A stretch of DNA of 24,606 bases from a virus (Duplodnaviria; Caudoviricetes), in IMG/VR virus record IMGVR_UViG_3300030708_000791, positions 1 to 24,606 of that record; one strand, 5' to 3'. The notes beneath the pieces were generated by a model, which saw only the letters and a list, made by a program, of their open reading frames with translations, did not search any database and had not been told where the DNA came from. The translations under genes were made by a program, and so were the position numbers. Below, piece after piece: positions 1-8,513 of the stretch (position 1 is its first letter; every line of letters begins with the position of its first letter).

Positions 1-1
1 A

Positions 2-388
2 TCTGGAACTGCTGGCACAGCAACCATAAACGCTACTGCTATTACAACATTTACTACAACAGATGGATTAACTCAAGCGAGCACAGGCGCAACAGGTTTT
101 AATGCTGGTAGAGCTGGATCTTTTAACTCTGGTGGTAGTGGAGCTCAAGGTTTTCCTCAAACTGGGTCAAGCACTGCACCTTTTTGTAACGGAGACAACT
201 GTAATATTGGAGGAGCTAATGGCGCACCATCTTACAATGGTCTAGTGGCAGGTGGAACTGGTGGAGGAAGTGGTAGCAGTGGTAATGCTGGTCAGTTTGG
301 ATCAGGAGCTGGTGGTGGAGGTAAAGAAGCTGGAGGTAACTCTGGTGGTGATGGTGAAATAACAATTAGATTTTTAAGGACTATATAA
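2..388 (+). CDS. 3' part of a glycine-rich tail/tail-fibre-associated protein (5'-truncated by the window)
   Basis: Frame 2 is open from the window start to TAA 386-388 and reads SGTAGTATINAT...GGTGGGSGSSGNAGQFGSGAGGGGKEAGGNSGGDGEITIRFLRTI*. The GGxGG-rich sequence ending GGDGxIxIR is typical of phage glycine-rich domains. Its stop overlaps the next ATG (TAATG). Confidence 0.8.
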   Translation, partial: SGTAGTATINATAITTFTTTDGLTQASTGATGFNAGRAGSFNSGGSGAQGFPQTGSSTAPFCNGDNCNIGGANGAPSYNGLVAGGTGGGSGSSGNAGQFGSGAGGGGKEAGGNSGGDGEITIRFLRTI

Positions 389-2238
389 TGCCATTAGCAA
401 AATTAAACATAGCACCTGGTATAGATAAACAAGATACAGAGTATGGTGCAGAGGGACGTTGGGTTGATTCTGACAATGTAAGATTTCATTATGGCTTACC
501 GCAGAAGGTAGGTGGTTGGCTTAAACTTATTTCAGACACACTTATTGGTGTTGTAAGAGGCACGCATGTATGGACAGATCTTAATGGTGTAAGGTACACG
601 GCTCTCGGAACAGATAGAAAATTTTATGTATATTCTGAAGGAACAGCATATGATGTAACACCAATAAGAAAAACAACTTCTAGTGCAAGCAATCCTTTCA
701 CTACAAATGGTACAACAGTTGTTTCTGTAGCAGACACAGGGCACAATGCAATACAAGGTGATTTTGTTACCTTTGATTCTTTTTCTGCAATTGACGGATT
801 AGATATGAACGCAGAGTTTGAAATTACATCAATAACAGATGCAAATAATTATACAGTTACGCACACAAGTGCAGCTTCTGGTTCGACATCTGGAGGAGGC
901 GGCACTGGTAACATGAATTACCAAATAAATATAGGAATTGATCAATCACAATATGGTTATGGTTGGGGGACTCATACTTGGAACTCTCCTGATTACACAG
1001 GTGTAAGTGATCCTGGTTGGAACGAACCAAGAAAAACTTCAAGTGTTACTATTGATGCTAGAAACTGGTCATTTGACAACTTTGGTGAAGATTTAATTGC
1101 TACAGTACATAAAGGACAAACATTTCTTTGGGACACCTCTAGCGGCACAGCAACAAGAGCTACGGTTATTTCAAATACTCCGTCAAGCTCAAGATTTAAT
1201 TTAGTATCTATGCCTGACAGACATGTATTTTTGTTTGGCACGGAGACAACAATTGGAAGTTCAACATCACAAGATGATTTGTTTTTACGATTTGCTTCAC
1301 AAGAAACAACTAATGACTTTGCTCCAACAGCTACAAACACCGCTGGTTCGTTTAGAATACAAGATGGATCAAAGATTGTGGCAGCAGTAAGATCACGTAA
1401 CGCTGTTCTTGTGTGGACTGATACATCACTAAACGCATTACAATTTGTCGGCGCACCTTTTACTTTCTCACTCGTACAAATAGGTGCAAACTGTGGAGCT
1501 GTAGGTGTGCATTCAGCTGTTGATGTAAATGGTATTGCCTATTGGATGTCACAAAATGCTTTCTATCTTTATGATGGTGCAGTTAAAAAAATACCATGTA
1601 GCGTACAAGATTTTGTTTTTGAAGATTTTTCTATTACACAACAACCAGAAACATTTGCTGGTGTTAACTCAGAGTTTAACGAAGTAACTTGGTTCTATGC
1701 TTCTAATACATCTAATCAAATAGACAGATCTGTAACATATAATTATTTAGAAAGAACCTGGTACACATCTTCTTTAGCAAGAACGACTTGGACTGATTAC
1801 GGCGTATATCAAAGACCGTATGCAACTAAATATGATCCTTCAGCTACTGCAACGACACCTACTGTTAAGGGTTTGACTGCTGGTGCATCTACATTTTTTG
1901 AGCATGAAGAAGGTGTTAATGATGATCAGTCTGCAATGACAGCATTTATTACGTCGGGTGATTTTGACATACAAGACGGACAACAAATTTTATCGGTAAG
2001 CAGAGGTATACCAGACTTTAAAAATCAAGTAGGCACAGCTAATTTAACTATGGGTTTTAAAACATATCCCTCTGACACAGGTTCAACTATTAGTAGAGAT
2101 GTAACGACTTCTACTAAATTTTTTGATTTACGTGGCAGAGGTAGACAAACTAATGTAAAAATAACTAGTGATACGTTAGATTCTGATTGGCGTTATGGTA
2201 CGTTACGATTAGATATTAAACCAGATGGAGGTAGATAA
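388..2238 (+). CDS. Tail nozzle / head-stabilization-like structural protein (tail tubular B / P22 gp10-like beta-propeller), 616 aa
   Basis: Motifs W.DSDNVRF, RNWSFDNFGEDLIA, LVWTD, YWMS...FYLYDG, NEVTWFY, W.YG.LRLD..PDGGR; beta-rich; located between the Gly-rich tail gene and the ejection genes. Family assignment is from recalled similarity to podovirus structural proteins. Confidence 0.75.
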   Translation: MPLAKLNIAPGIDKQDTEYGAEGRWVDSDNVRFHYGLPQKVGGWLKLISDTLIGVVRGTHVWTDLNGVRYTALGTDRKFYVYSEGTAYDVTPIRKTTSSASNPFTTNGTTVVSVADTGHNAIQGDFVTFDSFSAIDGLDMNAEFEITSITDANNYTVTHTSAASGSTSGGGGTGNMNYQINIGIDQSQYGYGWGTHTWNSPDYTGVSDPGWNEPRKTSSVTIDARNWSFDNFGEDLIATVHKGQTFLWDTSSGTATRATVISNTPSSSRFNLVSMPDRHVFLFGTETTIGSSTSQDDLFLRFASQETTNDFAPTATNTAGSFRIQDGSKIVAAVRSRNAVLVWTDTSLNALQFVGAPFTFSLVQIGANCGAVGVHSAVDVNGIAYWMSQNAFYLYDGAVKKIPCSVQDFVFEDFSITQQPETFAGVNSEFNEVTWFYASNTSNQIDRSVTYNYLERTWYTSSLARTTWTDYGVYQRPYATKYDPSATATTPTVKGLTAGASTFFEHEEGVNDDQSAMTAFITSGDFDIQDGQQILSVSRGIPDFKNQVGTANLTMGFKTYPSDTGSTISRDVTTSTKFFDLRGRGRQTNVKITSDTLDSDWRYGTLRLDIKPDGGR

Positions 2239-2405
2239 TGGCTAAAATAAGTACAACAGTATTACCAACAGCAACAGAAGAGTATGAAGCTTTACAGTTT
2301 GATACGCTTATTCGTATTCTTGAACAAATAACACAACAATTAAACTTTGGTTTTCAAGAAGATTTAAAAGAAGAAGCAACAAGAAGGACTTTTTTCCTTG
2401 GCTGA
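2238..2405 (+). CDS. Small structural-module protein, 55 aa (not in ORF track)
   Basis: ATG overlaps the upstream stop (TAATG) with GGAGG upstream. Reads MAKISTTVLPTATEEYEALQFDTLIRILEQITQQLNFGFQEDLKEEATRRTFFLG*, exactly fills the gap and overlaps the next start. Confidence 0.85.
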   Translation: MAKISTTVLPTATEEYEALQFDTLIRILEQITQQLNFGFQEDLKEEATRRTFFLG

Positions 2406-2748
2406 TAATTTTATAAGTAGATCTGCTACAGGGACAGGTAGCGCTGCAGCTGTTTATACGGTGCCTACAGCTAATTTAGCATCAGTGCCTCCTGTGCAGC
2501 CAACAACAGCTATAATAAGAGGTATACGTCTATCTAATCAAACTGGTGGCGCTGTTACGACTACGGTATCTGCTTTTGATAACAGTAATTCAGACCTTGA
2601 AATACCTTTGTTTAAAGAAAGTTTAGCAGATGGATCAGAAAAAGAAGTTTTATCTGATGGTGTGCCTTTTGTGTTAGAAGAAGCTGATGCTATAAAAATT
2701 TTAGGAACTGGTGTAACAATATTAATTAGTATAATGGAGATTAAATAA
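2398..2748 (+). CDS. Small beta-rich virion structural protein, 116 aa (TTG start)
   Basis: YTVP...TTAII..I.LSN...PFVLEE.D.IK pattern is typical of small phage tail-associated proteins; AAGGA SD; coupled to both neighbours. Confidence 0.7.
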   Translation: MADNFISRSATGTGSAAAVYTVPTANLASVPPVQPTTAIIRGIRLSNQTGGAVTTTVSAFDNSNSDLEIPLFKESLADGSEKEVLSDGVPFVLEEADAIKILGTGVTILISIMEIK

Positions 2749-3008
2749 TGTCAGAAATAGGTAAAAAAGTACAAGACGCTGTAGTCGTAGGACACGAAAT
2801 AGTTGATGGCAACAAAGTGCCAATACTAAAACCAGAGGTATGGGAAAAAATTTATTGTAGTAATTGTAAAGCTGAAGTTGATTCTGAAGAGCAAGCTACT
2901 GGTAACTGTAACGACTGTGGTAATCCTTGGGCTTCAACTAAAGCCAAGGATGTAACCATTCGTGTCGTTAAAATGCCTGATGTATTTGGATCTGGCGGAG
3001 AACTTTAA
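2748..3008 (+). CDS. Hypothetical protein with zinc ribbon (CSNC...CNDC), 86 aa
   Basis: TAATG coupling, GGAG SD, two CxxC pairs. Confidence 0.75.
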   Translation: MSEIGKKVQDAVVVGHEIVDGNKVPILKPEVWEKIYCSNCKAEVDSEEQATGNCNDCGNPWASTKAKDVTIRVVKMPDVFGSGGEL

Positions 3009-3160
3009 CGGTTCTCACACTCACAATTTTCACAGCGATGTTTATCTTTATCTTTTAGATGCCTTTCTAAATCTCTTTCGGCTGCTAATAGTCTTTCGTG
3101 ATATTTGCTCACCTTATCTGCAAGGTAGGCAATGGCTTTGTTTATTTCTTCGTTTTCCAT
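3005..3160 (-). CDS. Small coiled-coil protein with Cys-rich tail, 51 aa (not in ORF track)
   Basis: Strong SD (CAGGAG) 5 nt before ATG. Reads MENEEINKAIAYLADKVSKYHERLLAAERDLERHLKDKDKHRCENCECENR*. Its stop overlaps the stop of the convergent + gene. Confidence 0.8.
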   Translation of the reverse strand: MENEEINKAIAYLADKVSKYHERLLAAERDLERHLKDKDKHRCENCECENR

Positions 3161-3254
3161 ATTTTCTCCTGTGATTGTTAGTTTTGGTGAGAACCTAATG
3201 TAAGCATATTTTTAGTCTTCGCAACAGTATTTTTTAAAATTGTTTTCTTGACAA

Positions 3255-3950
3255 TCAAATCGACGCCCACTGACTAGGATGTGGTATGCAATGTTCTGTA
3301 CTGATACCTTTTTTCATAGTCAACAAAATGTCTGCGCTAATGCTTATTCTTGGCTGATCTTTTTTGTTAATCTCTGTGTAATGTAATAAACAACTTGGGA
3401 AAATTACAAAATCACCTGTGGCAACAGGTATCGTAAAACTAGCAAAATTAAAATTGTTCCACTCACGAATGTAATGATCTGTAGGAGGTATGTATAAACC
3501 AGTTTGAGCAGCTAACTCTTCTTCAAATTTAATGTTACCCATGTCGTTGTTTCTTACATAATAAACACAACTGTAATGACTTGCTGTATGTTTATGACTA
3601 GATATATATTGATCTTTCGCTGTAAAGGTTGCCCAAGCCTTTGTTAAATGTACGTCAAATTTGTCCAGATTATAACCATAGCTATGTAGAAAAAAATTTA
3701 TATTTCTATTTAATGCTGTGAATAATGGAGCATACAGTTTTTTCTTATGTAGATTATCAACTGCATCATTTAATTTAGTGTAATTAACATTACCTGTAAC
3801 ATCTGTTGTAGCTGCAACGCTACCAGGTTTTTCTTTAACAAATGATTCAATGTCTTTTATAAGTGGTTTATTGTATTCGTCGTAATTGTTTATAGTACAT
3901 TTATAAATTGATTTACCAAATAGATTGGCTATCGTCGTTTCTTTCTGCAT
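3255..3950 (-). CDS. 2OG-Fe(II) oxygenase superfamily protein (TIGR02466 / 2OG-FeII_Oxy_5-like), 231 aa
   Basis: AW....., H-x-H (SHKH), SCVYY, GDFVIFPS.L.H and RISIS motifs of the double-stranded beta-helix dioxygenase; GAGG SD. Confidence 0.85.
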   Translation of the reverse strand: MQKETTIANLFGKSIYKCTINNYDEYNKPLIKDIESFVKEKPGSVAATTDVTGNVNYTKLNDAVDNLHKKKLYAPLFTALNRNINFFLHSYGYNLDKFDVHLTKAWATFTAKDQYISSHKHTASHYSCVYYVRNNDMGNIKFEEELAAQTGLYIPPTDHYIREWNNFNFASFTIPVATGDFVIFPSCLLHYTEINKKDQPRISISADILLTMKKGISTEHCIPHPSQWASI

Positions 3951-4224
3951 AACTAACCTCTAAAAATTCTACTTTCGTTACCCAACCACGTGGTATTGCA
4001 ATACAACCGCCACCATGATTGTCATCCTTATCTGTACACCAAGAGCGCATAATTACAATCTTTTCTTTGTTTTTTACTACCATGTATCCTACTTCTTGAC
4101 ACACGGCTAATGGAGCATTTAAAATATCCTTTATAGGAAGCCAACCTGTTTCTGTATCACGTGCATCTAACCACGTAACACGGACCATAGGCACTTTCTC
4201 TATATCAAAGTTCATATTTCTCAT
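3913..4224 (-). CDS. Conserved phage hypothetical protein (V.W.DA...GW family), about 100 aa
   Basis: VRVTWLDA....GW...C..VGY...IP.GWV pattern recurs in small phage proteins. The start could be 4224 or 4215. Confidence 0.75.
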   Translation of the reverse strand: MRNMNFDIEKVPMVRVTWLDARDTETGWLPIKDILNAPLAVCQEVGYMVVKNKEKIVIMRSWCTDKDDNHGGGCIAIPRGWVTKVEFLEVSYAERNDDSQSIW

Positions 4225-4252
4225 TGCACATTACTAGAAATTTGACTATATT
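4224..4252 (+). promoter_or_regulatory. Sigma70-like promoter for the internal virion protein operon
   Basis: TTGCAC (4224-4229), 17-bp spacer, TATATT (4247-4252), upstream of ATG 4324. Confidence 0.55.
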
Positions 4253-4323
4253 TATACGATTAATTAGGCTTATACTCAAGGCCAGCCTCCTTGCTTCAAT
4301 CACATATATTGCAATAGGAGATT

Positions 4324-5181
4324 ATGCTTAAAAAACTAAGAAAAACGGTAGCTAAAATACTACCAGGTGATAGTGAAAAATATTTAGGAACCGTATTAGC
4401 GTTAGCTACAGGAAACCCTCTATACGCAGGTATTGGTGCATTAGCTGATCCTGATGCCGGTTTTGGAGAAATCGCATCAGCGGCATTTTTAGCTAGTCAA
4501 TCACCGGGTTTGAAAGGCTTTAGCGGAGGTATTGGGAAGGCTGCAGATGCAAAAAATTTAACTTTTATGGATAAAGTTTTAGGCAGAGGTAAAACAGGTG
4601 CATCAGGATTTACTGAATTTTTATTTGGAAAAAAAGATGGTATTGACGGTTTAATTGGTAGTGACGGTAAATTTATACCTACAAAAATGGTAGATGGAGA
4701 AGAAAAAATAGATGCATCAAAATTATTAACTAATTTAGCTAAAGCATCTGCTGTCGCAGGAGCATCACTACAACCAACAGGTGCCTTTGACTTACCAGAG
4801 GAGCAAGAAGTTACTGACTTTACATTTGGTACAGATTATCAAGGCAAGCCTTTAAATACAGATCAAGGAAAGTTAATAGAATTATTATTAGGGCAAGGTA
4901 TTGTTGGTCCATATGTTGATACAAGCGGACAACTAGTGCAAAATGTTGCAGATGGTGGTATAATGAATTTAGCTGCAGGCGGTGATCCAAGTAGTTTCCC
5001 ACGTAAGACCGGTCAAATTAATGGACCGGGCACGGGAACTTCTGATAGTATACCTGCTATGTTAAGTGATGGTGAATTTGTCATGACGGCAAAAGCTGTA
5101 AGAGGCGCTGGCGGTGGTGACAGAATGGAAGGTGCAAGAAGAATGTATGAAATGATGGATCAATTTGAGGGACAAGCATAA
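4324..5181 (+). CDS. Internal virion / ejection protein, 285 aa
   Basis: Gly/Ala-rich hydrophobic N-terminus; ADGGIMNL.AGG and GPGTGTSDSIPAMLSDGEFVMTAKAVRGAG motifs known from phage internal and tape-measure proteins; AGGAG SD. Confidence 0.75.
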   Translation: MLKKLRKTVAKILPGDSEKYLGTVLALATGNPLYAGIGALADPDAGFGEIASAAFLASQSPGLKGFSGGIGKAADAKNLTFMDKVLGRGKTGASGFTEFLFGKKDGIDGLIGSDGKFIPTKMVDGEEKIDASKLLTNLAKASAVAGASLQPTGAFDLPEEQEVTDFTFGTDYQGKPLNTDQGKLIELLLGQGIVGPYVDTSGQLVQNVADGGIMNLAAGGDPSSFPRKTGQINGPGTGTSDSIPAMLSDGEFVMTAKAVRGAGGGDRMEGARRMYEMMDQFEGQA

Positions 5182-6131
5182 TGGCTGTACAACAACAAGT
5201 AACAACGCAACTACCTCCACCGTATGTGCAGGACAGACAAAAAGATTTACTCGTAACTTTATTTGGAACGCCAGATCTTGATCCAAGTGATCCTAATTAT
5301 GTACAAGGTTTAATTAATGTACCTCGTAATATACCCATGCAACAAGTTGCAGGGTTCACGCAACCTCAACAAGATGCTTTTGCTTTAGCTCAACAAGGCA
5401 TTGGTGCATTTCAACCGTTTATTACTCAAGCAGGTCAAACTGCTACCACAGCAGGTCAGGCTCTTACAGGTGCAACCCAGCAATTTACTCCTACAACAGC
5501 AGTCATTGATCAATTTAGAGATCCGTATCAACAATTTGTAACACAAGAAGCTTTAAAAGAAATAGATAGACAAGGTGATATAGCTAGAACTAATTTAGCT
5601 GGACAAGCAACAAGAGCAGGAGCTTTTGGTGGCTCTAGATTTGGTGTACAACAAGCAGAACTAGATAGAAATATTGGTGATATTAAATCAAGAAGAGTAT
5701 TTGAAGATGCGTCTAGAAACTATCAACAAGCATTAGCTTCAGCACAAGCTGCACAAGAAGCACAACAAAGAAGACAACTAGGAGCTGGACAACAGTTAGG
5801 TAATTTAGCAAGACTTCAAGCAGGTATTGGTCAATTAGGTCAAGGTATGTTTGGTCAGGATTTAAATACTTTACTAAGTATTGGTGGTCAGCAACAACAA
5901 TTACTACAAGCAGGTTTAGAAGCTCAAAGACAAAATCTTGCAGCTCAACAACAAGAACCTTTCCAACGTATATCTTTTGGTACAGATGTATTGGCAGGTT
6001 TACCTTTTGGTGGTCAAACTATTTCACAAATACCAGTGACACCTGCAAATCCATTCCTAACCTTTGCAGGTGGTATTGGTTCACTTGGTACAGGTATTGG
6101 TGCATTGTTAGAAGGTTTTGGAAGACTATAG
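5181..6131 (+). CDS. Gln/Ala-rich internal virion (DNA pilot/ejection) protein, 316 aa
   Basis: Q/A/G-rich helical composition, GAFGGSR motif, hydrophobic Gly-rich C-terminus; TAATG coupling. Confidence 0.75.
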   Translation: MAVQQQVTTQLPPPYVQDRQKDLLVTLFGTPDLDPSDPNYVQGLINVPRNIPMQQVAGFTQPQQDAFALAQQGIGAFQPFITQAGQTATTAGQALTGATQQFTPTTAVIDQFRDPYQQFVTQEALKEIDRQGDIARTNLAGQATRAGAFGGSRFGVQQAELDRNIGDIKSRRVFEDASRNYQQALASAQAAQEAQQRRQLGAGQQLGNLARLQAGIGQLGQGMFGQDLNTLLSIGGQQQQLLQAGLEAQRQNLAAQQQEPFQRISFGTDVLAGLPFGGQTISQIPVTPANPFLTFAGGIGSLGTGIGALLEGFGRL

Positions 6132-8513
6132 ATGTCTGTTTATAACAGAAAAATGTTTGCCAACGCACCAGGTGGTTTTAAACAAAGTTCTCGTGGTGTT
6201 GGTATTACTTCAGGATTAGTTCCAAATAAAACTAAACGTGGTTTAGTAGATGGTCCCGGTCGTTACAATGGTGATGAAAATAAAATTCAACAAGAAGCAA
6301 TAAATGAAATATTAACAAATGTAAATTTAGCCACTTTACAGCCATATAAAAATACTTTTGAGGCGTTGTTTAGAGACGCTATTCCAGAGCCAGAAAGTTC
6401 TTTTTCTAGAAACTTTCCAGCTTTATTAGATTTTTTTCAAAGAGTATCTGCAGCTGGTGCTGGAGGACAACCTTTAACTTCGCAACCTCTACCTCCTTTT
6501 TTAGATACGCTAAATAGAATTAGCAGTGCAACTCCTGCACTTGCAAACATAAAACCTGCTCCAGATATTGAAGGACAAGTCAAATCTTTAGCTGCACAAA
6601 GCACGATTGATTTATTTAAAGATATGATTTCTGCTGAATTAACTAAAGACGAAAAAGATGAAACTAAAGTTTTAGGTAAAGGAGACGTGCTAGTTGATAC
6701 AGCGGGTAATACAATAGCTACAGGTGGATTAGATTATGAACTCAAAGAAGTAGATGGTAATTTAATAATGGTTTATCAAGATCCAGAAAGCAAGGAAACG
6801 GTTTCACAAACAGTTTTTAAACAAGTAGATGTCGATCCTGATGATACATTAATAAAATTAAAACCAAATGAAATTGCATTTCTTGGTGGTCAAAAATTTG
6901 AAGGTAAAGATACTGGTATAAATGTAATTAAATCAAGCCCACAACAAGAATTAGGATTTATAGATGAAAATAATCAATATCAAATTATTAAAGCCGCTAC
7001 ACCAAAAGAAGTAGAAAAAGAGATTGTAGTACCAAAAGGTAGTGTTTTAATAAATAAAGAAACTAATGATATTATTTTTGATAATAGCACGAGTGAAGTT
7101 GACAAAAAACAATTAATAAAAGTACCACCAGGCACTACGGTAATTGACAATCAAGGTAATGAAATTTTTAAAGCAGAAGATCAAGCTGATGATTATATAA
7201 AAGTACCACAAAATACAAGACTAGTAACACCTGATCCAGAAAATCCTGGTCAATTTATAACAGTCTTAGAAGCTGAGGCTAATACACCTCCTGAAAAAGA
7301 TAGATCTACAGAAACAGAAAGATCTATAGATACTGCTTTCGATGGTCTTTTAAATACTTCAAAAGTTGATAATGATGCGGTGGCTTTTATAAAAGATAAT
7401 ATTCCTGGTTTAGCACCAATATTTAATAGTTTAGATCAAACTGTGCCTTTTAATGAAAAAGATATTAGCACTTTAAAAGCGGCATACAACGTATTGTCTT
7501 TAGAAAAAGATTTAAGAACAGAACCAACTGCAGCAGACTTGTTAAAAATTGAAGAGGGAAAAATAAATTTACAAAGTATGGCGGACGATGTTAATAATTT
7601 AAGTGATTCTTATGATGCTGCTTATGATCAAGGTTTTGCTAAAATTCAACAAATTGAAAGAGCTATACCTTTAATAGATACTGCGATATCCGGTTCAGGA
7701 CAACCGTTAAGACAACAATTAGCAACTATTTTTGATACATTTCCAAGTTTACAAAATTCACCTGTGTATAGTGTAATAAATAAATTTATTGGAGAAGATA
7801 CAAGCCTAGCAAACACAGAAACTTTAAGTTCTTTCAATCAATTATTTACTTTATTAAATGCAGAATTTTTTAAAGGTAATTTAAACCAACAAGAAATAGA
7901 TATTCTAAGAGGTTCAGTATCACAACTATTTTTATCAAAAGATGGTCAACGATTAATTCTTGATATTGCAAAAAACAAAGCAGAATTAGAAATGAAATCA
8001 AAAGAGTTATACGATAATTTTTTAAATACTGGTGAGTTATTAGGATTAGATGGTGAAGCTGTCTTTACAGCTAAATTTGATGAAAATGGAGCATTATCAA
8101 TAGCTGATAAAAGTAAAGCGCAAAGAGAAATTTTTAAAATTGTAAGACAATTGCAAGATCAAAATAAAGAAAAATTTGAAGAACAGGTAGCTAAATTTGA
8201 TAAGGGTTTAAAACCGTATACTATTGATGGACTTGAAAATTTACCTGATAATAAAAAAATATTTAAATCTGAAAATGGTGTTAGTTATAATCTTGTAAAA
8301 GAATTTAAATCGACGGATGGTAATTTTGGTATTGTTGGTTTTTCAAACGAAAATGGTGAGTTCATTAAACCAGATGGCTCTGTGTCAACAATTACGTTTG
8401 CACCTAATTCGCCCGTTTATGGTTTAAGACTTTATCAGCCAGAAGATCTAAAAGCAAACAACAACCAAATTGAAACTAAAATTTTTAATTTGTATTCTTT
8501 TAGAGGACAATAA
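6132..8513 (+). CDS. Large putative internal virion protein with internal beta-hairpin repeats, 793 aa
   Basis: Long ORF abutting the upstream stop; N-terminal R.MF..GG...GITSGL motif; position in the ejection-protein cluster. Confidence 0.7.
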   Translation: MSVYNRKMFANAPGGFKQSSRGVGITSGLVPNKTKRGLVDGPGRYNGDENKIQQEAINEILTNVNLATLQPYKNTFEALFRDAIPEPESSFSRNFPALLDFFQRVSAAGAGGQPLTSQPLPPFLDTLNRISSATPALANIKPAPDIEGQVKSLAAQSTIDLFKDMISAELTKDEKDETKVLGKGDVLVDTAGNTIATGGLDYELKEVDGNLIMVYQDPESKETVSQTVFKQVDVDPDDTLIKLKPNEIAFLGGQKFEGKDTGINVIKSSPQQELGFIDENNQYQIIKAATPKEVEKEIVVPKGSVLINKETNDIIFDNSTSEVDKKQLIKVPPGTTVIDNQGNEIFKAEDQADDYIKVPQNTRLVTPDPENPGQFITVLEAEANTPPEKDRSTETERSIDTAFDGLLNTSKVDNDAVAFIKDNIPGLAPIFNSLDQTVPFNEKDISTLKAAYNVLSLEKDLRTEPTAADLLKIEEGKINLQSMADDVNNLSDSYDAAYDQGFAKIQQIERAIPLIDTAISGSGQPLRQQLATIFDTFPSLQNSPVYSVINKFIGEDTSLANTETLSSFNQLFTLLNAEFFKGNLNQQEIDILRGSVSQLFLSKDGQRLILDIAKNKAELEMKSKELYDNFLNTGELLGLDGEAVFTAKFDENGALSIADKSKAQREIFKIVRQLQDQNKEKFEEQVAKFDKGLKPYTIDGLENLPDNKKIFKSENGVSYNLVKEFKSTDGNFGIVGFSNENGEFIKPDGSVSTITFAPNSPVYGLRLYQPEDLKANNNQIETKIFNLYSFRGQ

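Noticed and set aside
2962-3174. 70-aa + strand ORF
   Set aside because: Shadow of the minus-strand 51-aa gene, which has a strong SD and a natural coiled-coil sequence.
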